Assembly (NCBI GenBank): GCA_943787795.1
Contig: CALSNU010000002.1
Coordinates: 96,001-160,000 of the forward strand
Direction of reading: 5' to 3'
DNA length: 64,000 bases
Source of the DNA: an uncultured bacterium
GTDB lineage: Bacteria; Planctomycetota; UBA1135; GCA-002686595
In this document: one piece after another, positions 1 through 7,885 of the stretch
Numbering within the stretch: the first letter of the stretch is position 1
Layout of the letters: every line of letters starts with the position of its first letter
The notes under the pieces: generated by a model
What the model was told of the DNA's origin: nothing
Database searches by the model: none
What the model saw: the letters and a program-made list of their open reading frames with translations, nothing else
Translations under genes and position numbers: made by a program

Positions 1-2071
1 GCAGGGTCGCCAGCTTGACCCGCTGGGCCTCGCCTCGGCTGAGCCGGTTGGAGGGGAAGCCGAGGGGGACGTGCCCGAGCCCGAGGTCGTCCATCGCGGC
101 GCACAGGGCCAGGGCCGGCGGGTCGTCCGCGAAGAAGTCCCGCGCCTCGGCGACGGTGAGGGCGAGGACCTCGGCGACGGTCTTCTCTCGCAGGAGCGCG
201 GTCAGGGACTCGGACCGGTAGCGGGCGCCGCCACACGCGTCGCACTCGAGCTCGAGGTCCTCGAGCAGGTGCAGGCCGACCCGCTGCACGCCGAGCCCCT
301 CACAGGCGGGGCAGCGCCCCTCCTTGGAGTTGAAGGAGAAGTGGCTCGCGCCGAGGCCTGCGGCGGCAGCCTCCTCGGTCGCGGCGAAGCGCTTGCGGAT
401 CAGGTCCATCAGCCCCGACCAGGTGGCGGGGGTGCTGCGCGGCGTCCTCCCGATGGGGCGCGCGTCCACCGCGCGGACCCGCTGGCCCTGCGCGCCCTCG
501 AGGCGCTCGAAGGGGCCGCCCGCCGCTCCCGCGAGCGCGGGGAGCAGGGTCCCAAACACCAGGGAGGACTTGCCCGCGCCCGAGGGACCCGTGACCACCT
601 GGAGGGTCCCGAGGTGCACCGTGAGCTCCGCGCCGCGCAGGTTGTGGAGCGTCGCGCCCACCAGCCGAAGCGCTCCGCTGGGTTCACGACGCGGCTCGTC
701 GTTCACGAGCGGCTCGCCGAGCGGCGCCCCGGACATGGGCGCGCTGCGCACGATGAGGCCGCCCTCCGGCCCGGCCCCTGGCCCGACCTCCACCACATGG
801 TCCGCCTGGCGGACCATGTCCGGGTCATGCTCCACCACCATCAGCGTGTTGCCCCGGTCCCTGAGCTCATCGAGCACCGCGGTCATCCCCGGCTGACCAG
901 ACGGGTGGAGCCCGAGGGTGGGCTCATCCATCGCCACCAGCAGCCCGCCCATGGGCGCGGCGAGCTGGGAAGCGAGCTGGATCCGCTGGGCCTCGCCGGT
1001 GGAGAGCGTCGTGCTCTCGCGGCCGAGGGACAGGTGACCGAGCTCGAGCAGGACCATGCGCTCGAGCCGTCGATGCAGCTCGGGGAGGATCGCGCGGGCG
1101 ACCTCGCTCCCCCCGACTCCGTCCACACCGTCGAGGGCGGGGCCCAGCTCGCGCGCGGAGAGCCGGAGCAGCTCCGGCAGGCGGCGGCTCCCGATAGCCG
1201 CCTCACGGCCGGGCCGTGAGAGGCGGGCGCCGTCGCACTCGGCGCAGGGGACCGAGCGGGCGAAGCGCAGGATGTTCGGGTTGCGGTTGCGCTTGAGGGT
1301 CTCCTCGATGACGGGGATGAGGCCGCGGTAGTAGCCCTCCTCCCGCGGCCGCGCGGTGATCCCCTCCCACCTCATGCGGGACTCGATGCTGTGCTTGCCG
1401 AAGGGGACCTTGAGCCGGCGCGTCCCCCGCAGGATCACGCCTCGCTGCTCGTCGCTGAGCTCTCTCCACGGTGTCTCCACGTCGAAGCCGTGGGCCCGGC
1501 AGATGGTGTCCATGACCTCCAGGGTCACCTGGGAGTAGACGGTGTAGCCGCTCTTGAGGGTCGGCTTCAGGGCGCCAGCGCGGATGCTCCTCGAGGCGTC
1601 CTCCACCAGGAGGTCCTCGCTCACCTCGTCCTCGACGCCGCTCCCGCCGCAGCGCTCGCAGGCGCCGACCGGGTGGTTGAAGCTGAAGTGACTGCGCGTC
1701 AGTGAGACCCCACCCGGGTCGTGCGCGACGCGGGCGTAGAGGAGACGCAGGAGATCGAGCGTGCCCGTCAGCGTCCCCACCGTCGAACGGGCGCTGGCCC
1801 GCGCGTCCGAGGAGCCCATGGCGATGGCCGGCGGCAGGCCGTCGATGGAGTCCACCGCCGCGCGCCCGAGCTTGCCGAAGAACTGACGGGCCCGGGCCGA
1901 GAGGGCGCCGAGGTAGCGCCGCTGCCCCTCACGGACGACGGTCTCGAAGACCAGCGACGTCTTGCCCGATCCGGACGGGCCAGTCACGGCGACCCACTGG
2001 CCGTGGTCCAGGTCGAGGTCGACGCCGCGCAGGTTGTGCTCCCGAGCGCCGCGGATCCGAAGCTCGCTCAC
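1..2071 (-). CDS. uvrA: UvrA-family excinuclease ABC ATPase (class II/UvrA2-like), 3' end truncated by window edge; absent from the ORF track
   Basis: Manual translation from GTG 2071: MSELRIRGAREHNLRGVDL..VTGPSGSGKTSLVFET..EGQRRY..HFSFN..CERCGG..LSTGEAQR..; second ATPase HNLRG..VTGPSGAGKSS..GRTPRSTPAT..FSFNSKEGRCPACEG..CDACGG..LSRGEAQRVKLA. Start overlaps the ogt stop (GTGA). Confidence 0.9.
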   Translation of the reverse strand, partial: MSELRIRGAREHNLRGVDLDLDHGQWVAVTGPSGSGKTSLVFETVVREGQRRYLGALSARARQFFGKLGRAAVDSIDGLPPAIAMGSSDARASARSTVGTLTGTLDLLRLLYARVAHDPGGVSLTRSHFSFNHPVGACERCGGSGVEDEVSEDLLVEDASRSIRAGALKPTLKSGYTVYSQVTLEVMDTICRAHGFDVETPWRELSDEQRGVILRGTRRLKVPFGKHSIESRMRWEGITARPREEGYYRGLIPVIEETLKRNRNPNILRFARSVPCAECDGARLSRPGREAAIGSRRLPELLRLSARELGPALDGVDGVGGSEVARAILPELHRRLERMVLLELGHLSLGRESTTLSTGEAQRIQLASQLAAPMGGLLVAMDEPTLGLHPSGQPGMTAVLDELRDRGNTLMVVEHDPDMVRQADHVVEVGPGAGPEGGLIVRSAPMSGAPLGEPLVNDEPRREPSGALRLVGATLHNLRGAELTVHLGTLQVVTGPSGAGKSSLVFGTLLPALAGAAGGPFERLEGAQGQRVRAVDARPIGRTPRSTPATWSGLMDLIRKRFAATEEAAAAGLGASHFSFNSKEGRCPACEGLGVQRVGLHLLEDLELECDACGGARYRSESLTALLREKTVAEVLALTVAEARDFFADDPPALALCAAMDDLGLGHVPLGFPSNRLSRGEAQRVKLATL

Positions 2072-2820
2072 CGCTTCGCTCCCGTTGCGTCGACGAGGGC
2101 GGCCCCGATCTTCGCGAGGTCGTGACCCGCCGGGAAGCGGAGCACCGCCACCTCCGGGCCAGCGCACCCGGCGGCCTCTGGCCCCACCTCGTCGAACCTC
2201 ACGCCGCGGGACACGAGGGCCTCCACCACAGCCTCGAGCTCCGCGGGGGACAGGGTGAGCAGGCCGGAGCCATCAGGCTCCGCGATCAAGGGTGGGACCG
2301 AGGCCGCGGCCGCCTCGAGGTCGAGGAGCGCACGCTTGCGGTCCACGCCTGCGGCGTAGCCCGTGAGCTGCCTCCGAGCGCCGACCACACGGTGACAGGG
2401 CAGCGCCACCAGCAGCGGGTTGCGGCCCACGGCGGCGCCAACGGCCCGGACCGCGGCGGGCCTCCCGAGGCTCGCTGCCAGCTCGCCATAGGTGACGACT
2501 TCCCCATGGGGGATGAGGCGCAGGGCGCCCCAGACCTCCTGTTGAAAGGCTGTGCCGGAGAGCTGCGCGGGGACCGTGAAGGGATCGCGCGCGCCGCGGA
2601 GGTAGGCCCGCAGCTCCTCGTCGAAGAGGGCAAGGTGCGCCGCGGCCGCGTCCCGCCCGCCGGACTCGTCGGCCGCCCCCCCGGCCCTCGAGGGTCCATC
2701 CACGAAGCGCACCCCGGTCAGCCCGCCTGCGGTGGCCTCTGCTTCGACCCATCCCAGATCCGGGTCGCCCGCCATGGGCAGCTGACGTCGAGCGAAGGGT
2801 GAATGGGGGGGCGTGGGCAC
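2068..2820 (-). CDS. ogt: Methylated-DNA--protein-cysteine methyltransferase with C-terminal extension
   Basis: GTAFQQEVW..IPHGEVVTYGELA..AVRAVGAAVGRNP..LPCHRVV active-site motif; TATGAT 5 nt upstream of GTG 2820. Confidence 0.9.
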   Translation of the reverse strand: MPTPPHSPFARRQLPMAGDPDLGWVEAEATAGGLTGVRFVDGPSRAGGAADESGGRDAAAAHLALFDEELRAYLRGARDPFTVPAQLSGTAFQQEVWGALRLIPHGEVVTYGELAASLGRPAAVRAVGAAVGRNPLLVALPCHRVVGARRQLTGYAAGVDRKRALLDLEAAAASVPPLIAEPDGSGLLTLSPAELEAVVEALVSRGVRFDEVGPEAAGCAGPEVAVLRFPAGHDLAKIGAALVDATGAKR

Positions 2821-2868
2821 GCCGGATCATAGGTCCTCCTGCGCCCGGGCGTCCGGCCCGCCCTGCTA

Positions 2869-2908
2869 CGGAAGCGGCCGGCACCCCGAGGGGCGCCGGC
2901 CGCTTCCG
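2869..2908. terminator. Strong GC hairpin downstream of cysC (putative terminator)
   Basis: CGGAAGCGGCCGGC (2869-2882) pairs perfectly with GCCGGCCGCTTCCG (2895-2908); no clear U-tract. Confidence 0.55.
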
Positions 2909-2959
2909 GATCGACCCCGACGGGCTGCGCCCGAGGGTGGTCGAAGGTCGGTCTGAAGA

Positions 2960-3520
2960 TCAGGCCTGAGCGGCGGTCGCGGCGATCAGGCCGCGCTCTT
3001 CGAGGTAGCCGAGGATCTTGGCCGCCGACTCCTCGATGGACTCGTCGCCGGTGTGGACCGTGATCTCGGCGTTGGTCGGCGCCTCGTAGGGGTCGCTGAC
3101 GCCGGTGAAGTTCTTGATCTCGCCGGAGCGGGCCTTCTTGTAGAGGCCCTTGGTGTCACGCTCCTCGACGACCGCGAGGGGCGCCTCGACGTACACCTCG
3201 ACGAACTCGGCGCGGGCCGGGTCGACCATGCCGCGGCACTGATCGCGAACCTCCTGGTAGGGGGAGATCGCGGCGGTGATCGAGCAGCAGCCGTTGCGCG
3301 CCAGCATGTTGGCGACGAAGCCGATGCGGGCCACGTTCGTGTCGCGATCTTCCTTCGAGAAGCCGAGGCCCTTCGAGAGGTTGGTGCGGACGACGTCGCC
3401 GTCGAGGACCTCGACGTTCTTGCCGCGCTCCATGAGGACGGGCGTGAGGTACTCGGCGAGGGTGGACTTACCGGAGCCTGAGAGGCCGGTGAACCAAAGG
3501 ACAAAACCCTTCTGGGACAT
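2960..3520 (-). CDS. cysC: Adenylyl-sulfate (APS) kinase
   Basis: [13 protein letters not shown]-loop, [38 protein letters not shown]. Confidence 0.97.
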   Translation of the reverse strand: MSQKGFVLWFTGLSGSGKSTLAEYLTPVLMERGKNVEVLDGDVVRTNLSKGLGFSKEDRDTNVARIGFVANMLARNGCCSITAAISPYQEVRDQCRGMVDPARAEFVEVYVEAPLAVVEERDTKGLYKKARSGEIKNFTGVSDPYEAPTNAEITVHTGDESIEESAAKILGYLEERGLIAATAAQA

Positions 3521-3577
3521 GGTGATGGTTGGTTAGTTGGAGGAAGAAAATTGTTGATTGAATAGCGGGGTCCGGCG

Positions 3578-4540
3578 CTACCGGATCATCCCCTCGAGGT
3601 AGGGCACCTCGAAGCACTTCTCGTGCATGATCGGGCCGTGGCCGAAGTAACCGGCCTCACCGAACAGCTCGCCGTGGTCGGCGGTGACGATGATGTGGGT
3701 GTTCTTCGGGACCGTGTCATAGAGCTGCTCGAAGACGCCGTCGAGGTAGCGGACGGTGTCGATCTGCCGCTCCTTGAGCTCGTCGAGCTTGTCCTGGTCG
3801 AAGAACTGGAAGTCCTCTTTGAACTTGCTCTCCTCTTCGCTCTCGGCGATCTGGTCGTTCATCTTCCGGAAGACCCCGTTGACCCCGCTGATGCGCGGCC
3901 ACATGGAGGAGTCCTCGTCCGGCTTGGCGTAGGGGTAGTGCGTCTCCCCGACGTTGAGCAGGTAGAAGTGCGGACGCGGGCCGTCGAACTTCATGGTGGG
4001 CAGGATCGCCGCCATGTCGTTGTGGCTGTCCATCAGCTGGAAGCTGTCGAAGGCGCGGTTGATCCCCGTCTTCGGGTTCAGCACGGGCAGCGAGACGCGG
4101 GCGTGCGTGTCGTAGCCGAGCTTCTGCTGGAGCAGACCAGGCAACCAGAGCCCCGGGACCATGGCGCCGAAGTCGATGTCGGTGCCCTTGGAGCCGAGGC
4201 GCTTGTTGTAGTTGTAGAAGTCCTCCTTGTAGTACTCCGACGCGTACACGTTCTCCGGGGAGGTGTGCGGCAGGAGGCCCGTGAGGAGGTTGTAGTGGGA
4301 GGGCGCGGTCCACGAGGCGTACGTGTACCGCTTCTCCACCTTGCCGCCCGACAGCTTCGTGATCGTCTTCGTCTCCGCCGACATGAACGCGTCGTAGCGG
4401 CAGGAGTCGAGGATGATGATGATGAAGTGGTTCTCGGCCTGGGGGTCAGGCTTCTGGACCATCCCCGGCCGCATCGGGAGACGCGGCATGGGACGCGGCG
4501 GGGTCGCCGGCTTCTTCTTGAACTTGTCGAACAGGCCCAT
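3578..4540 (-). CDS. Sulfatase-like / alkaline phosphatase superfamily metalloenzyme
   Basis: IIILDSCRYD, SWTAPSHYNLLTG, ETHYPY, TADHGELFGE..GHG..VP motifs; lacks the CxPxR formylglycine motif. Confidence 0.8.
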   Translation of the reverse strand: MGLFDKFKKKPATPPRPMPRLPMRPGMVQKPDPQAENHFIIIILDSCRYDAFMSAETKTITKLSGGKVEKRYTYASWTAPSHYNLLTGLLPHTSPENVYASEYYKEDFYNYNKRLGSKGTDIDFGAMVPGLWLPGLLQQKLGYDTHARVSLPVLNPKTGINRAFDSFQLMDSHNDMAAILPTMKFDGPRPHFYLLNVGETHYPYAKPDEDSSMWPRISGVNGVFRKMNDQIAESEEESKFKEDFQFFDQDKLDELKERQIDTVRYLDGVFEQLYDTVPKNTHIIVTADHGELFGEAGYFGHGPIMHEKCFEVPYLEGMIR

Positions 4541-4544
4541 CAGG

Positions 4545-5804
4545 TCACTCTCCCTTGGTCTTATAGAAGTCGACGAGGATCGCGGCGGTGGTCTCGCGCA
4601 TGATCCGGGGGTCAGGGTTCTCGCCGCTCACCAGCTGCTCGCGCACCTTGGTGCCGGAGATGAAGACGGACGTCTTGTCCTTGTTGGCCTCCATGAGGCC
4701 GACGCGGCCGAGCTCCTCGAAGTACGCGGCGAAGCCGACGTTGACGGTCTTGATGGCGAGGTCGCCGCCGAGCTCGTCGAACACGGTCTGGGCGTCAAAG
4801 TCGCCCCAGATCGCGGTCTTGTCGTCGAAGGGCGCGTCCGCGTGCTTGCGGCCGATGATGAAGTGGGTGAAGCCCAGGTTCTGGCGGTAGATGGCGTGCA
4901 TCACGGCCTCGCTCGGGCCGCCGTAGTACATGCGCATGTCCAGGCCGACGAGCTCGAGCTGGTCGTTGAGGTCCTGCCCCTTCGACTCCCAGAGCTCGAC
5001 GTCCTTGTCGCCTTCGCCGAGGAGCCGGTTCGACACGAGCGCCTCGTAGGTGTCCATGCGGGTCGAGGCCGGGACGTCGTCGCCCTTGAGCTGACCCACC
5101 AGCGGGTTGAGGATGACGCCGGTCTTCTTGCCGTTGTCGCGCAGGATGACCTCGGCCCCGTAGACCAGCGCGTACTCGTGGGCGCGGTGGAGGGGGTTGC
5201 GGGTCTGGAAGGCGATGGACTGCTCCCAGCCGCGGTCCATGATCAGGCTGCGGGTCTGGGTCGGGCCCATCACACGGCCCGCGAACGGGCGGGTGTCCTC
5301 GGCGGGCGCGAGGGTGATGGTGCCGCCGACGAGCTTGGTGCGCTCATCCGCGGTCCACAGGCGCGCGCCCGGGTGGTCCGTGCGCTCGGTGCGATAGACC
5401 GCCTTGATGAAGGCCGCCTTGTCCCAGTCATAGGCGCCGCCGTCGACCTCGAGGACCCCGAAGACCTCGCCGTCGGAGCAGAGGGCGATCCTCGCCCCGC
5501 CGGTGCACGCGGCGGCCTCGGCGTCGGTGACCGGGAGGATGATCGGGATGGTCCAGGCCCACTTCCCGCCGTTGCGCTCGATGGCCTGCTCGGAGAGGAC
5601 CGAGTCGTAGTCCGCGCGGGCCATCGGCCCCTCGAGGGGCGAGAGGGTCCCGTCCGCGATGCGGTAGAGCGTGGTGCGATCCACCTCGTTCACGTCCACC
5701 TTGGCGAGGTCCGCGCCGGCGCTCGCTGCGGCGGCGTCGATGCGGTTGACAGGGGCCTCGAGGCCACCGTGGACGGGAAGAATGGAAACGTTGGCGGCAG
5801 TCAT
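4545..5804 (-). CDS. sat: Sulfate adenylyltransferase (ATP sulfurylase)
   Basis: LSPLEGPM, WTIPIILPV, AFQTRNPLHRAHE, MYYGGPSEAVMHAIYRQNLGFTHFIIGRKHA, ISGTKVRE. Confidence 0.97.
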   Translation of the reverse strand: MTAANVSILPVHGGLEAPVNRIDAAAASAGADLAKVDVNEVDRTTLYRIADGTLSPLEGPMARADYDSVLSEQAIERNGGKWAWTIPIILPVTDAEAAACTGGARIALCSDGEVFGVLEVDGGAYDWDKAAFIKAVYRTERTDHPGARLWTADERTKLVGGTITLAPAEDTRPFAGRVMGPTQTRSLIMDRGWEQSIAFQTRNPLHRAHEYALVYGAEVILRDNGKKTGVILNPLVGQLKGDDVPASTRMDTYEALVSNRLLGEGDKDVELWESKGQDLNDQLELVGLDMRMYYGGPSEAVMHAIYRQNLGFTHFIIGRKHADAPFDDKTAIWGDFDAQTVFDELGGDLAIKTVNVGFAAYFEELGRVGLMEANKDKTSVFISGTKVREQLVSGENPDPRIMRETTAAILVDFYKTKGE

Positions 5805-5844
5805 GTTGGTGGGGATTGGTGTGGGCGAAGCCCAGTGCTGGTGA

Positions 5845-6084
5845 TCAGAGGTAGCCGAGGTTCTCGAGCTTGCGCTTCACGTCGTCGAGCTCTTCCTGGG
5901 TGTAGTCAGAGCCCTCCACCCCCTCCGCGGGAGCGGCCTGGACGGAAGGCGTATCCCCCATCAGGTCTCGGAGCACGAAGACGATGAAGTCCGTGGGCGA
6001 GTTGAATCCGGACCCGTCGACCACCTGTTGGATCTTTCGATACAGGGGCCTGGGGATCTTGACGGTGACTTTGGACTCTCTCAC
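5845..6084 (-). CDS. Ribbon-helix-helix (CopG-like) protein ending in LGYL
   Basis: N-terminal VTVKIPRPLYRKIQQVV..GFNSPTDFIVFVLRD matches the RHH beta-alpha-alpha pattern; first gene of the sat operon. Confidence 0.8.
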   Translation of the reverse strand: MRESKVTVKIPRPLYRKIQQVVDGSGFNSPTDFIVFVLRDLMGDTPSVQAAPAEGVEGSDYTQEELDDVKRKLENLGYL

Positions 6085-6148
6085 GGCGGCCTACTGGATG
6101 CGACTTGGTAGCGAATGAGGGACCGATCAGAGCGAACCCAGGGGGCTC

Positions 6149-6221
6149 GACACTCCAATCGCACTCTGATCGTACTCCTATCGGAGCCCCAGGGGTCGAA
6201 CTTGAGTGCGATTGGAGTGTC
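6149..6221. repeat. Perfect 18-bp inverted repeat in the divergent intergenic region
   Basis: GACACTCCAATCGCACTC (6149-6166) and GAGTGCGATTGGAGTGTC (6204-6221), 37-bp spacer. Confidence 0.9.
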
Positions 6222-6404
6222 CCGCCTTGGGATCGTCCCGCCTCCCCCTCTCTCGACCCGGGCGCGCAGCTCACGCTCCACGCCCCGGGCCCGTAGCCGC
6301 AGTAAGCTACCCCCGGAGGCCGTTCAGGCCCTCTCAGGCGCCTCCACCAGCCCACCTTCCCGGCCAGCCCGTCCCTCAGCCAACCACGGGCGGCCCCCAA
6401 TCCC

Positions 6405-6881
6405 ATGCAGTTCAAGAACATCCTCCTCCCCCTCTCGCTGACGTTCACCCTCGCCGCCTGCTCAGGCGAGGAGTCCGCTGATCCGTCCCAGCTCATCCAA
6501 CAAGGCCAGTACGACGCGGCCATCGAGGCCTCCGAGAGCCAGCTCGCGTCGGTCGAGACGGGCTCAGCCGACCACAAGGAGCTCGTCATCGTCTACGCCG
6601 AGGCCCTGGCCGAGAGCCGCGCCGACGAGTCCCGCGACGCCTTCCTGGCCTTCGCCAAGGCCCACCCGGACATGGTCGAGCCCAGGGACTACAAGTACGT
6701 GGTCAGCGGCCTGAGGACCCACGCCGCGTACCTGCAGGCCATCGATGTCATGGACGCCGGCAAGAAGCGCTGGGCCGAGGACAGCACGATCGACGAGCTC
6801 GTCGAGGCCCTCAAGCAGGACATCGCCAAGTCCGGCGACGCCGACAGCATGGCCAAGATGAAGGGCCTGGGCTACATGTGA
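6405..6881 (+). CDS. Helical (TPR-like) lipoprotein ending in LGYM
   Basis: Signal peptide with lipobox LAAC; helical repeat-like body; clean GC3 codon bias. Confidence 0.75.
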   Translation: MQFKNILLPLSLTFTLAACSGEESADPSQLIQQGQYDAAIEASESQLASVETGSADHKELVIVYAEALAESRADESRDAFLAFAKAHPDMVEPRDYKYVVSGLRTHAAYLQAIDVMDAGKKRWAEDSTIDELVEALKQDIAKSGDADSMAKMKGLGYM

Positions 6882-7090
6882 GCCGGAAGGGCGGCGCTCC
6901 TCCGCCCCCTCTTCCGCACCCCTCATACGCCCCCTTCTTACTTACGCGCGGGGCCGCGCCGCACTCCGGCGCGGCCCCGTGCGCGTTCACCGGCACATGG
7001 GCCCAGGCGCATCATCACACGCGCCTCGCTCCTGACGACGAGCGCGCCGCGACTCTCGGCCAGGCCGCCTGGCTCCGCCCTCCTGAACCC

Positions 7091-7846
7091 ATGAACGGCC
7101 CCCTCCGAGCCTCAGCCGCCGGTGCCCTCGCGGCGCTGCTCGCAAGCTGCGCGGCAGCTCCCACGCGCTCCCGCGCTACCGGTACCGCCATCGCTGCAGG
7201 TCCCTCAATCGCCACAGGTTCCTCCACCGCCACAGGCTCCTCCACCGCCACAGGCTCCTTCACCACCACAGGGCCCTCCACCGCCACCGGGCAGTCGCCC
7301 GCGGCAGGGGACTACTCTCAGCCCACCTCCGGCCGCCTCACGTTCACGTTTGGCCAGCGCCGGCTCGGCCGGGACTTCGCGCCCACCGATGAGCCCCAGG
7401 CGTTCGGCGTGGAGTTCTCCAGGATCTCCGCCGGCGGCTCGCCGAGCTTCGGATTGGGCTTCGAGTTGGGCTTCCAGTTCGCAGACGATCGCGCGCGCGG
7501 CGCCCGGCTCTCCGGGGGCGGAACCGGGAACCTCGACCTCTTCCAGAGCGAGTTCTACGCCGGGCTCCGGGCCCAGGCCGGGGAGGGCTCGCTACGCCCT
7601 TACCTGGGCGCCGGCGCCACCTGGATCACCAACGACACGCGGGTGACCTCGGGCGGGCTCCAGGCACGAGAGAGCAGCAGTGACCTGGGTGCCTACGGGC
7701 ACGCAGGCCTCCTCCTCGAGGTCTCGCGCTCGGTCCACGTCTTGATCGACGGTCGCATGACCTTCTTCACCGATCACTCCATCGACGGCACCGACTTCGA
7801 CAGCGACTACTCGCAGGTCACGATTGGCGTGGGCGCCAGCTACTGA
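7091..7846 (+). CDS. Outer-membrane beta-barrel protein with lipobox and Thr/Gly/Ser linker
   Basis: LLASC lipobox; alternating strands (FGVEFS, LGFELGFQF, RPYLGAGATW, YGHAGLLL); C-terminal aromatic beta-signal VTIGVGASY. Confidence 0.7.
   Translation: MNGPLRASAAGALAALLASCAAAPTRSRATGTAIAAGPSIATGSSTATGSSTATGSFTTTGPSTATGQSPAAGDYSQPTSGRLTFTFGQRRLGRDFAPTDEPQAFGVEFSRISAGGSPSFGLGFELGFQFADDRARGARLSGGGTGNLDLFQSEFYAGLRAQAGEGSLRPYLGAGATWITNDTRVTSGGLQARESSSDLGAYGHAGLLLEVSRSVHVLIDGRMTFFTDHSIDGTDFDSDYSQVTIGVGASY
7211..7291 (+). repeat. Coding 18-bp tandem repeat (ATGSST-like, about 4.5 copies)
   Basis: gccacaggttcctccacc / gccacaggctcctccacc / gccacaggctccttcacc / accacagggccctccacc. Confidence 0.85.
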
Positions 7847-7885
7847 GGGCTGGCGCGTCCGGCTCGATGTGCCGGACGGAGTCGC

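Noticed and set aside
71..1219. Long plus-strand ORFs over uvrA, and similar shadows such as 8150-9943, 18926-21364, 43402-46113 and 60198-62021
   Set aside because: Antisense shadow frames of real genes in high-GC DNA; no recognisable motifs.
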